Positions 50,901 through 62,242 of a stretch of DNA of 64,000 nucleotides are shown here, in pieces. Source of the DNA: Camelus dromedarius (lineage: Eukaryota); assembly GCF_036321535.1 (NCBI RefSeq), contig NC_087437.1, forward strand, positions 31,002,001 through 31,066,000, read 5' to 3'. The notes below the pieces were generated by a model. The model had not been told where the DNA came from. It did no database searches and saw only the letters and a program-made list of their open reading frames with translations. A program made the position numbers and the translations under genes. Position 1 is the first letter of the stretch. Every line of letters starts with the position of its first letter.

Positions 50901-52120
50901 TTGTGAGTTTGGCCAGAGGTTTGTCGATTTTATTTACTTTTTCAAAAAACCAGCTTTTGGTTTGGTTGATTTTTTTCTATGGTCTTGTTAATCTCTATTG
51001 TATTTAATTCCTCTCTGATCTTTATTATTTCCTTCCTTCTGCTGCTTTTTGGGGCTTTTTGTTCTTCTTTTTCTAATTCATTCAGGTGGTGGGTTAAATT
51101 GTTTATTTGAGATTGTTCTTCTTTTTTGAGGAAGGCCTGTATTGCTATAAACTTCCCTCTTAGCACTGCCTTTGCTGTGTCCCATAGGTTTTGAGTGGTT
51201 GTGCTTTCATTATCATTTGTCTCAAGGTATTTTTTAATTTCAGCTTTGATTTCCTCATTGATCCATTGTTTTTTCAATAACATATTGTTTAATCTCCATG
51301 CTTTCCTTTTTTTCTCCTTTGTTTCTCTGTTGTTGATTTCCAGTTTCATGGCATTGTGGTCAGTAAAGATGCTTGAGATAATTTCTATCTTCTTAAAATT
51401 GTTGAGGTTTCTTTTGTGCCCAAGTGCATGATTGATCCTGGAAAATGTTCCATGTGCACTTGAAAAGAATGTATATCCTATTTTTGGGGGGTGTAATGCT
51501 CTGAAAATATCCACCAAATCTAGTTTTTCTATTGTAGTATTTAATTTCTCTGTTGCCTTGTTTATTTTCTGTCTGGAAGATCTGTCTAGTGATGTTAATG
51601 CAGTGTTAAAATCTCCAACTATGATTGTATTCCCATCAATATCCCCCTTTATCTCTGTTAGTAATTCTTGTATGTACTTAGGTGCTCCTATATTGGGTGC
51701 ATATATATTAACGAGTGTAATATCCTTATCTTGTATCACTCCTTTAATCATTATAAAATGTCCTTCTTTATCTTTCTTTATGGCCTTTGTTTTAAAGTCT
51801 ATTTTGTCTGAAATCAGTACTGCAACACCTGCTTTTTTGGCTTTTCCATTTGCATGGAATATCCTTTTCCATCCTTTCACTCTCAATCTATATGTGTCCT
51901 TCTCCCTAAAGTGGGTCTCTTGTATGCAGCATATTGAAGGTTCTTGCTTTATTATCCAGTCTGCCACTCTGTGTCTTTTGACTGGAGCATTTAGTCCATT
52001 AACATTTACAGTAATTAATGATAGATGTGTGTTTATTGCCATTTTGAACTTATCTTTGCAGTTGAATTGGTATATCCTCTTTGTTCCTTTCTTCTTCCTT
52101 TTGTGGTTTGGTAATTTTCC
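47918..52120 (-). mobile_element. Young 5'-truncated LINE-1 (inter-ORF spacer + ORF2 + 3' UTR + polyA)
   Basis: ORF2-like ORFs at 50942-52042 and 48244-50760. T-rich tail at about 47918-47945. TSD aaaaatttttt at 47907-47917 and 52121-52131, followed by aaaa (TTTT/AA endonuclease site). No ORF1. Confidence 0.96.
48244..52042 (-). pseudogene. L1 ORF2p (endonuclease/reverse transcriptase) with a single +1 frameshift
   Basis: EN motifs NVNG, IQETH, GDFN and TDH; PIP-like [10 protein letters not shown] motif YADD (about 49936-49947); C-terminal [18 protein letters not shown]. The frameshift is in a T7 run at 50970-50976. Reading by hand, 50761-50970 is open in the downstream frame ([20 protein letters not shown]...). 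Confidence 0.93.
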
Positions 52121-52964
52121 AAAAATTTTTTAAAAAGGGAATAGAATTGATGGTGAATCTTGTCTCATTCTACCAATAAATATTGTTGCTCTATGGACAC
52201 ATGACTTCTTAATTAAGAAAAGAAATCCCAACCTTATCCCATGTCATTAAAAGATATATTTTCAACAAAATTTTATTTTTTATGTTAAGCAATAATTTAT
52301 TAAAATTTAGAAAATCTAGTTTTGATCAATCATGTCCAATAGTAGTTATCACAATAGCTCAATCAAGACATTTTATAACAGAGTCTTATGGACATAGAAA
52401 ATAAAAATTTAACATTTTAAGTTACATTCATATTTTTGTTGCAGAGAATTATTTGATAGGGACATCTGTAAAATATTTTCAAGGATACACATCTTTTATA
52501 TCAGAATAAAATTCTGGGTGAGAAATGGACTGGAAAAACAAGTTCAGAGAGAAAAAGGAAGAATGTAAAATTTCCAACTGCTAAAGAAGAGCAGGTTCAT
52601 GAATTTTTTAAATGGATGATGATAGATATCAAATAGCTCTGGGATTTAAATTCCATTGGACACATTTAAGATAATGATGCAACAATGTTATTTTTTAAAT
52701 AGCAATACTTATGCTGGACACGACATCCTTTGTGACTTTAAATTTATGATAACAAATGTTGCATATTTTTAAATGTTTAAGTTGATGCTTAGCTTTTCAA
52801 AAATTTAAAAGGGAAATGTAAGCAGAAAGTTTGAACTCTAGTGCTGCAATAGTATCTAACCTGGAGAATAAATATTAATACTTATTAAATGTTAATATGT
52901 GCTAGACGCTGCTCTAAGTATTTCACAATATTTTGTTAAAGGTTTATAATAAGGGTATGAGTAA

Positions 52965-53502
52965 TGTTCTGGTTACTATTTCTGCATGATAAATAATCCA
53001 AAACTTAGTGGCAGTAAAGCAACTATGTTATTTAGCTCACAATGTTGTGGGTTGGGAATCTGGATAGGGTTTTGTGTGCACTGTTCTCACTTGGGATATC
53101 TCATGCAGTTGCAGGCAGATGTTGGCCGGGACTACAGTCATCTGAAGGATCTGCTGTGCCTAGACACCCAAGCTGGCTTTGATGTTGTTCTGTCATCTGG
53201 GAATTGGTCTGGGACCACTGATGAGAGCACTTATATGTGACTGTCACCATGGCATCCTCAAGGTGGTCAGATTCCTCACATGGCAGCTGGCTTCCTCCAG
53301 AATGAGTGTTCTAAGACGGTGGGTGAAAGCCACATGGCCTTTCTGGTGTATCTGTGGAAATCAAAGAACCTCACTTTTTATCATGCTTTACTGAGCAAAG
53401 CAATCAGAAGCCCACCCAGATTCAGGGGAAGGGAAATAGACCCCACCTCTCAATGAAAGAAGTGTCAAAGAATTTGAGGGATGTATTTTAAAATTGCCAC
53501 AA
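52965..53502. mobile_element. MaLR solo LTR (old MLT1)
   Basis: ccaaaacttagtggc...gcccacccagattcaggggaagggaaatagaccccacctctcaatg. Confidence 0.72.
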
Positions 53503-55149
53503 GTAGATAATTACCTTTTTTTTTTTTTTAAAAAAAAATAGATTAGGAAACTAAAGCATAATGGAGTTAAGTGGTATGCCTAAGATCACAGAGCAGGTGA
53601 CCACAGATGGAGTTAGGATTCAAGTCCAAGCAGTCTGACTCCAGAGCAGAGCCCTTAAACATAACAGCCCAGCTCCCGAGAAGGGTAAGCCAAGGGAAGT
53701 GTGAAGCCCTCTTTGGCTGAATGACCATACACTCCCCCCACCCCACTAGTCCTACATAGACTCCCCCTACCCCACTAGTCCCACTGCGGAGCCCCCTGTT
53801 GACAGACCCCCCAAAATATCAACCTGGGGAGACCGTCCTGAGTCTACACTTTGAGAGCCTGTTACTATGGATACCAAGTTGCCAGAGCTCTTCAGTGACT
53901 CAAGGGATGGCAGGAAGGGAGAGGGGCTGGAGAGGCTGCAGCTCTGGTGCTAAAAGTCCCTAAGTTGCCACAGCCTCACGTAGGTCAGACCTGGTGTTTG
54001 GTAGCAGCTGCCTCATTACCCTTTATAGATGTTTCAGGTGGCTTGTGTCTTGGTGGTCACAGTTCTAACCCTAGACTACGCTGGATACTAACATTCAACA
54101 GCTTTTACTTAAATGTGAGAGATTCCACCTAGTGTGATTTGCTGTACCCTCGTTCTTGGCTTTGATTAACTAACAGCCAAGATACTCAAAGACATCAACG
54201 TGGATTCCAGAAGGGCTAACTTTTTAAGGAGACTTCCCCTCCTGCCATCCTCAGAGGCTATAAGACCTCACTATGTCTCTGTGATTTATAATTACAGTCT
54301 TTCAGAGACAGAGAAATTTACACCCTTTCCTGAGTTCTTTACATGCAGTCGACAATGAAGCAGTTCATACAGGAGGGACTGAGGCTGATTGGGGGATGCC
54401 CAGGACTTACGGGGTCACCAAATAACTTTGTGGTAGACATCCAAGTGGGCACTGATGTCACTGCCCACTGAGCTAGGACAGAGGTCAGATTGGTAGGCAT
54501 GTGTGGGTCAATCCTATGCATCTTAACAGCAAAGACCATTAACTGAATTTTCTTTCTATCTTCAGAGCTAGTTCTCATTTACACTGGGAGTGTGCATGCC
54601 TACATCCACACCCACAGGCTCTTACCACTTCCTGGTATCACTCTAATATTTTTTCATGTCTAAGTTCAGCCTCTGTCTCCTTAATCATAAGGTGATTCTT
54701 ATGCCTCCATCCATCGCAAGTATTGAGAGGGTCAATGACTGAATCAGTGATGGCAGGCTTTAGGAAGGAAAGAATGTTTGACATATGTTACGTGGTTCAC
54801 TGACATTCAAAAATCCTCCTTCTCCCAAAAGATTATAAAATAGATTGAGAATACTTTTTTAAGACTTACACAAAAGGAATAATCCTGCCCTTGCTTTGAT
54901 ATTGTTAAACTTATTTGAGGACATTCACATTAAAATTAAACTCTAAAGGGACTCTAATTAAGAATGGCTAGTGAGCCTTCAGTTGTCTTTTTTTTTTTTT
55001 TAATAACTTGAACATGATGGTCAAATATAATTTACCAACCTCTAATGATCTAAGGTTCAGAGTTATCATTGTGAAATGAAGCAGAAGTCCAACCTTTGTG
55101 GAAGAAATAGCATGGTAAAACCTTGGTATTACGAAGTCATTGGGGGTTA

Positions 55150-55400
55150 TTTTAAAAATTTCCATGTTTGAGGATATCAAGGATAGTGGCCGCCTTACTC
55201 TTCCTCAGGAAAGTTAGAGATACCCTTTCATCCCCAGCCACAGACAGACCCAGCTCAGTTACAGCTTCGTGGCAGGATAAGGTTAAGGGGATAGGGGAGG
55301 ACGGGAAAGAGGAGGGAGGCAGACACAGAAAAATCAATCCAAATTACTTTCATGACAGTGACTTGGAGTCTTCTCTCAAAGACAGACACAAACCTCTAGG
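55150..55400 (+). promoter_or_regulatory. Probable promoter/5' UTR of the KCNAB1 Kv-beta-1.3 first exon
   Basis: Non-repetitive sequence immediately 5' of the ATG, with a purine-rich tract and modest CpG enrichment running into the exon. The TSS cannot be determined from sequence alone. Confidence 0.5.
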
Positions 55401-55675
55401 ATGCTGGCAGCCCGGACCGGGGCGGTGGGGAGTCAGATCTCAGAAGAGAACCCCAAGTTAAGGAAACAATCTGGGTTTTCCATAGGGAGCAAAGACAAAT
55501 CTCCCAAGAAAGCTGCGGAAAATGGGAAAGACAGCAGCCTCAGCCCCTCAGGGCAAACCCAGCTCAGGGCACGGCAGCTGGCTCTAGTGCGCGAAGTGGA
55601 GATGAACTGGTACCTGAAACTCTGGGATCTGTCCAGCGAGCACACCACTGCCTACACCACCGGCATGCCTCACAG
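55401..55675 (+). CDS. KCNAB1: First coding exon of voltage-gated K+ channel beta-1 subunit, Kv-beta-1.3 N-terminus (partial CDS; downstream exons lie outside the window)
   Basis: Translation MLAARTGAVGSQISEENPKLRKQSGFS...LRARQLALVREVEMNWYLKLWDLSSEHTTAYTTGMPHR closely matches the human Kv-beta-1.3 N-terminus as I recall it (MLAARTGAAGSQISEENTKLRRQSGFS...TTGMPHRNLGKSG). The exon ends CACAG|gtaag at 55675/55676: 275 nt, phase 2, which would complete Arg before NLGKSGLRVSC in the common exon. Confidence 0.96.
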
Positions 55676-57385
55676 GTAAGCCTCGCGCCTCCCTGCGCCG
55701 GCTTTAGGAGAGACCGCTTGAAAGTGCTCTCCAGACTGCATGCTAGATTTCTTTTCCGGTGCTGCTAGAAATGGTAACAGCTCTAAGTGCCTTAGAGGTG
55801 GTTGACACTTCAGAATGTGTAGCTGCGAAGAGCAGGAACTTGGTGGAAATGGCAAATAATGCTCCCTGGATTGTTATTCAGAAAACACCCCTTGTAAAGA
55901 GGCAGTAGACACTCAGGAGCTGAGAGGAGGAAGGAGTAGGGCATTAGGATTTGTATGGCATTAAGATTTGTCTTAAAGTAACAATCAGAGGAGTTAAAAA
56001 ATTGCCTGAAAATGCCTCCTTCCAAAGCAACAAAAGACTTTGCAATCTTTCTGCACTTCGTTACCTTGAGAACTTGGGGGTGAGAGATGGAAATGTGTTT
56101 GCTGTTTGAAAAGTGTACAGTAGAATAGTGTGAACTTGCTGAATGAGAGCTCAGCATGGCAGTAGGGGGGCAGAGTAGAACACATTGACCACCAGTATGG
56201 GACCTGAGCCCCCTGTCTGAGTAAGACAACATTAGGAGAAAAAGTTACTTAAAAAAGAAAAAAAGATAAATGTAAGACAAATCCCTATAGGTTTTCTCTG
56301 TCTTTTTCTCAGCCTCAGCTTCAAATAATGCAGAGGGGGAATAATTTCACAAGTTCTAATGTTCTAAGGCAAAGTGTACAGAGTAAAAGTGTCTGGAGTA
56401 CTGAAATTTAAGGAAGCTTCTTCACTGTAACTGCTACAAGAGATCTCTTAGGAATGAAAGATAATTTTGCAAGGAAAATTATTGGGAAAATAAAGCCTGA
56501 AATAACTATTTTCATGAAGTGGTAATTAAATGGAAATGAAAAATAGTTCCAATGAAATGGTCCAAGTATAGAAAACTTGTTTTGTAGAGACTATGTGATA
56601 GCATAGAAATTCTGGAATGTATTCTACTTATCAAAGTGCTCCAGTGTGCTCTGAGCTGCCCCATTTTTATAGTTGTAATTCTAAAAAGGCAGTTTAGGAA
56701 AACATTTAGCAATTGAATTAATTGATGCATATAGATTAAAAATTTGTTGGACTACAAACTTCAAAATGCCTAAACTTCCACTTTTCAAACCTTTCCAAGG
56801 CAGGAATAAAATAGATCTTTCCAAATCTAAGCCACTATTTAAAAATCAACATTTAAAAAGTAGAACAAGGTGAAGTTTCTGGAAGGGTTCCATGAAATGC
56901 ATTTATTTTTTATGGCTGGAGTGATTGGTTTGAAGCTCCGAGGCTGTTATACCCACATTTGGGGTATATAGAGGAAGGGCCCAAGGAGAATGGTCTCAGT
57001 CAAAGAAAATGTGAATAAGTTTGTCAGTGTTAGGAATGTACCTCCTAGCTATAAATCTTAAATCTTAAAGGTGGTATTAAAGAGCTTCTGGAAAAAGAGT
57101 GAGGTGGCAAAAGAAAGCCTTGATAATGTTTTTCTTCCTTTACATAATCTTTAACTTACTCTAGACCAGTAACTTCCCTTAAGGAGTCTAACACAAGACT
57201 ATAAAATTCCTGCCCTATTACCTGACATTGGAATAACATTTATCAGGTCTGAGGGGAATATAAATTAAGGTAATCAGTTTGAACCAGCAATTTTTTGGAA
57301 AAGAAAAACAAACTCTACTCTTTTCTCCTTTACTCAAACAATAACAGCTTGTCCTGTAATCAGAAGAGATGATACAGAATTAATG

Positions 57386-57399
57386 GTTTCCATGGTAAC
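57386..57399. promoter_or_regulatory. RFX X-box motif in KCNAB1 intron 1
   Basis: GTTTCCATGGTAAC matches the canonical palindromic X-box GTTNCCATGGNAAC; binding is not demonstrated. Confidence 0.45.
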
Positions 57400-60300
57400 C
57401 ATGGGTATGTTGTTAATCATTGATTCACAATAGCCTTGTATGTCCCTTGTCTTGTGGTAAAGAACAGTGAAAGTCATGTCTGTCTTACACCATCAAAAGT
57501 GAAAAATGCCTTCTCCTCTTTTTTTGGGCGGTGGGGGGCAACATGATGTTTCCAGGAGGAAACTAGTACATGCAGGTAGAACTAAATCCGTATGTATTAG
57601 ATATATTGCAGGGCTCAATGTGTGCATATCGCAGAAAAAGGCAATTTTTCGCATTGACAGCTCCTTTCCTTTTTTACATACCAGTGTTAGAACTACCTAC
57701 CTCAATTGAGTTCTTGAGATTAGTGGGGCAATGACAATTACAATGGCAGTGACTGATGTGCAATCCCTTCAAACTGTAATGTAACCAGTAGAACGTGCAA
57801 TTCCCTAAGCCACCTGTTTTTCTTTCATTTATGGATGTTGCCAGTGGAGAAGTTACAGAAAGTTTTTCTGGACTTCCAGTTGTCTTGTCTTCCAACAACA
57901 TGGTCCAAGGGTGATATCTCCATTAGAGACCTGTGTGTAGAAGATAAATATGATTAATATAAAATATAAACAAATGTATCCATCTGTGAAAGTTACTTAC
58001 AGGACAGAGTATGAAATGCTTTGAAGAGTCCTTGAAAACATCACACATTTGCTATGGGCATTAATTCTATGGGTAGTTGGTTAATAGCCATCAGTAGGGA
58101 ATTGCTAGAGGACGCTCCAATTTCTTTTCTGAGAAGATGGAATGGAAATATTTTGCAGCAGGTTAATTCTATTTCATAAGGGATTAGAAGATTATCTCAT
58201 GCTCAGATTCAGTGATAATTTATATTTCAAGCAAAGTTTATTATTAAATTATTGGAAGAAAACATTAGAGATAGAGAAGGGTCCAGTAGTCTTGGTATAT
58301 TTAAGAAATAAAACTGCAGGAAGCAGGGCAGACAATGCACATTAGTCTGGTGGTAAGTGGTTCTGACCCCATTTCTGGGGCTGTGTCTGCCCAGGACTAC
58401 ATATGGAACAATCTAATATAATTTGCTTCACACTGATTTGCTATTTTACAGAGTTGTCTGATGATTCAGTGATGCAGATGTGTTTCATATGACTACTCAT
58501 TCCTCTGCATAGTGAGGGCGGGTGATGCAGGGGCCAGAGTCCTGGAGTTGGAGGCAAAGGGTTGGCTTTTACTCCCTGTGTAACTGTGGATGTGATTTTT
58601 AAAAAATTTATTTGTTGTTTTTAAACAAAATTTTTTTCCCAGATTATGAAAGTAACTGAATTTGGTAGAAAATTTTGAAAACAGAAACATATAGAAATGA
58701 AAAGGCAACCACTGCTAATATTTTGATGTGATTTTCCCCAGCCTTTTGAATTAGAATCATATTATGTATTCTATTTTCTACCTTTTATTTTTAACTTAAT
58801 ATTATACCAGTCTATTTTGTTTTTTAAAAACCACTTAAAAAAAAACACTTAAAGATTTCTAAGGACTACGTATTATGACTATATTATTGCTTAGCCATTT
58901 TTATTTTACTATTTATCATTATCATAAATAATATTATGATAAACATCTTCATATCAATTTAAAAATCATATTTCTGGTTATTTTCTTAGGCTCTATTTCT
59001 AGAAGTGGAATTAATGGGTGAATATTATATGTAATATTCATATATACATATATATACACTTATATATATTTATCCTTAATGCAGTTGCAATTCTGAAAAT
59101 ATTTCCTCAGTGTACCTCCTCCCTGGAAGTATTTTAGAGTGCCCACTTCATTCCTTTTTCTATATCACAGAGTGTTTATATGGAATCTATCGCTTGAGCT
59201 TTATAGTAAAACAAATTGTTGAGTAAGTTAGATAACTTTTGAGTTTCTGTTTCTTTGACTGCAAGAGAGGGCTAACAGCAGTATAAAGACTTGTAAAAAT
59301 TAGATGAGATAATGTACAAGTGATTTGAAAAGAGTAATGCATTTTGCTTTCAAACTCTTTAAAATAAGGATTATCATTCAGGATGGGGTGACTCTTAAAA
59401 TTTCTAGCCAAAATGTGGACTTCACTTAGCACCTGACAGCTGAGGATCCTGTTGTGCTCAATTAATATTTGTGAGAGGCCATTGTGTGTTCTTACAGAGG
59501 CTTTTTTAGGGATTCATACAATCGCTACCCTCCTGGGGAAAAGTGACTTAGGGATAAAATACAAAAAGCTTTGATAAAATACTATCAGAATTAACATTCC
59601 AAACCAAAACTGACTGAACCTATTAAATTGAACCGACGGAACCTTTAGCAGGACAAGTCAACACATGAATGAGCTATAGCATGCCAATAGTGATTTCTAC
59701 CATCTTAATTAATGGTTTCTTAACTGGAGAGTAGTTACACTGAGCCACATTTCTATTTCCTTTCTCTACTGTGAGAACTCTGACTTCCTAGAAGTCATTT
59801 ACTTCTGCCTGCTTCCAGAGGATCAGCTGTGGTTCTATTTGAGGATAGGCAGTTCTCCAAGGTGAGTTTCGGGGGACTCAGTTCCTGCCAACAGGGCAGC
59901 AGGTGATCCATGAGCTTAGCGACCTCTGGCTTGAGTTTATGCAGGAAGTTCTGGTTGTTGAGAATGAAGCCTGTGGTCAGAGAATGAACACTGAACAGCT
60001 GTTGGCTGAGTATCCTCTTTGCATGAGGCCCCTACAAGTGACACAAAGATGCATTAGATAAGAACCCTGCCCTCAAGTTAGGTGCAGCCTGGGGGAGATG
60101 AACGTGCACTTAAGAAGAACTACATAAAAAAAAGGTCGTAACAAAGCTCAGAGGAGGGAGTGAGTACTCCCAGCAGCAGTAATTAGATTGGATTGGAAGA
60201 TGTGCAGAACTTGAGCAAGAGGAGATGAGGGTTGGAGAAGGCAATCCAAGTGGAAGGAAGAGCGTGAGCAAAGGCACAGGTGTGTGAGCGTGTGGAATGG

Positions 60301-60809
60301 AAATGGAGAGCTGCTTCTATTCACAAGGCTCTGGCAAGCATCCTGGAGGGGTTCTTGGAGGCTGGAGCTGGGAGCGTGGCCAGGAGGATGGGAGGAGAGG
60401 ATACCATTTCAGAGACTTGAGAGTTGGGCAGAGACCAGTTGTGGAGGAGAGGCAGAGCATGCAGGCTTCTCTCAAGAAGAGACAATGGAGGTAGGGAGAC
60501 AGGAGGTTAGTTGAAGTCTGAAGCAGGGTTGGGAAGACATTTGCAAGAGAAAGCAGATCTATAGAAGTTTTTGGGCAGATTGGAGGAATCCAGTGGATAG
60601 AGAAAGTACGTGATGCAAACAGTGAGGCAGAGTCCCCAAGGAGGAAGAAAATGGAGTCAAGGGCCCCAGATGCAGGTGCTGGCTTTGGCAAAGGGAAGTG
60701 GTGGAACCCAGTGATGGAGGCTGCATCCTGTCATCTGCAGGCTGCACCCCAGCAAAACCACCTACCAGCTGGGGCCTCTGGGCCTGACAGAGACAGTTGG
60801 CTTGGGGGG

Positions 60810-61010
60810 TTAAGGCCCTAGATCCTGGAGCTAGGTTGTTGGGTTCAAGCCCTGGCTCTGCCACTGACCAGCATGTGACTTGGTTTCTTCACCTATTAAA
60901 GGTGGGTGACGAGAGTACCAATGCTATGGAGTTATGGGGATCAAATGACTTAACTAAATAAGCACATAGAACAGGGCCTGGCACATAGTAAATGTATTAT
61001 TACATAAATG
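60810..61010 (+). mobile_element. MIR SINE
   Basis: gggttcaagccctggctctgccact...cagggcctggcacatagtaa. Confidence 0.75.
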
Positions 61011-61340
61011 TTCTAAGCATAGTTCCTCACATTAGGTCCCTGCCCTTGTTATTATCATAAGACTATTAACGGATCTACCAAAATTAGGGACGCTTCCCCT
61101 TTCTGGAGTCTACTGACTCTACTGTGGTTCTGTAAATGGGTGTAAGAACACCTAGCTCTAAAGACCACTGTGAATGATATAAAACTTCGGGTGTATATTG
61201 GGCACTTGATTGGTTTTGGCCCCCTTGTCACTTCTTCCCCCTCCTCTAATGATCAGAACATAGTGGACAGCACCAGTGAAATGATATCGGGGATGATAGA
61301 GTGATGGAAATAAGCTACAATGGAATAACTCTAAATTTTT

Positions 61341-61525
61341 TATCACCTGTATTATGGTATGATTCTTGTACAGTAAACTGTACATATTTCAGGTGTACTG
61401 TCTGATGAATTTTGCTAGATGTATACACACCAGCAAAGCCACCACCACAATCAAGATAGCTAACATTTCCATCACTCCCAAGAGGTGCAAAGTTCAAATT
61501 CCCAATTTATCCCTTCCCACCCCCT
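61341..61525 (-). mobile_element. Short L1-derived insert
   Basis: Old L1M-type 3' terminus plus about 35 nt of young-type 3' UTR; TSD gaataa[c/t]tctaaattttt at 61323-61340 and 61526-61543. Confidence 0.75.
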
Positions 61526-61568
61526 GAATAATTCTAAATTTTTAAACCAATTTTTTTCTTAGAAAATA

Positions 61569-62242
61569 CTATTTTTTTAATTTTATTTTTTTATTGAAAT
61601 GTAGTTGATTTCCAATGTTAGTTTTAGGTGTACAGAGAAGCAATTCAGTTATATACGTACATACATATATATACATTTCAAATTCTTTTTCCATTATATG
61701 TTATTACAAGAAATTGAATATAGTTCCCTGTGCTATACATTACATCCTTGTTCATCTATTTTATGTATAGTAATGTGTATCTATTAATACTAAACTCCTA
61801 ATTTATCCCTCCCCTGCCCTTTCCCCTTTGGTAACCAAAGTTTGTTTTCTATGTCTGTGAGTCTGTTTTTAGTTTGTGAATAAAATATTTATCATTTTTT
61901 TAAGATTCCACATATAATTGATATTATGATATTCATCTTCCTCTGATTTACTTTATTTAGTAAAATCTGTAGGTCCATCCATGTTGCTGCAAATGGTATT
62001 TTATTCTTTTTATGGCTGAGTAATACTCCATTGTGTGTGTGTGTGTGGTGTGTGTGTATGTGTGTGTATATATATATATCACATCTTCTTTATCCATTCA
62101 TCTGTGGATGGACATTTAGGTTGTTTCCATGTCTTGGCTATTGTAAATAGTGCTGCTATGAACATTGGGGTGCAGGTGTCATTTTGAAGTAGGGTTCCTT
62201 CTGGGTATATGCCCTGGAGCGGGATTCCTGGGTCATATGGTA
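61569..62242 (-). mobile_element. 5'-truncated L1 3' fragment with an internal (TG)n/(TA)n microsatellite
   Basis: L1 3' UTR and ORF2 end; TSD tcttagaaaata at 61557-61568 and 62243-62254. Confidence 0.88.
62033..62079. repeat. (TG)n(TA)n microsatellite
   Basis: Directly visible. Confidence 0.9.

Larger units (their letters stand above)
47740..52845 (+). mobile_element. hAT-Charlie DNA transposon fossil (3' part of transposase) split by the young L1
   Basis: Left flank 47851-47889 translates LPFPSVYLYEQGF and right flank 52140-52172 translates NRIDGESCLIL. Together these resemble the hAT C-terminal dimerisation motif (LPFPSTYLCExGFS...RNRxD), contiguous across the L1 insertion. Outer boundaries are uncertain. 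Confidence 0.7.

Noticed and set aside
48746..52133. Long + strand ORFs (186, 118 and 233 aa)
   Set aside because: They are antisense shadows of L1 ORF2; the same applies to the hydrophobic ORFs at 3748-4236, 9771-10163 and 24373-24738.
55401..55679. 92-aa ORF as a complete small protein
   Set aside because: The TAA stop lies inside the gtaag splice donor, so this is an exon rather than a full ORF.
61253..61274. Possible REST/RE1 site (tcagaaca-tagt-ggacagcacc)
   Set aside because: The left half has mismatches and the spacer is non-canonical.
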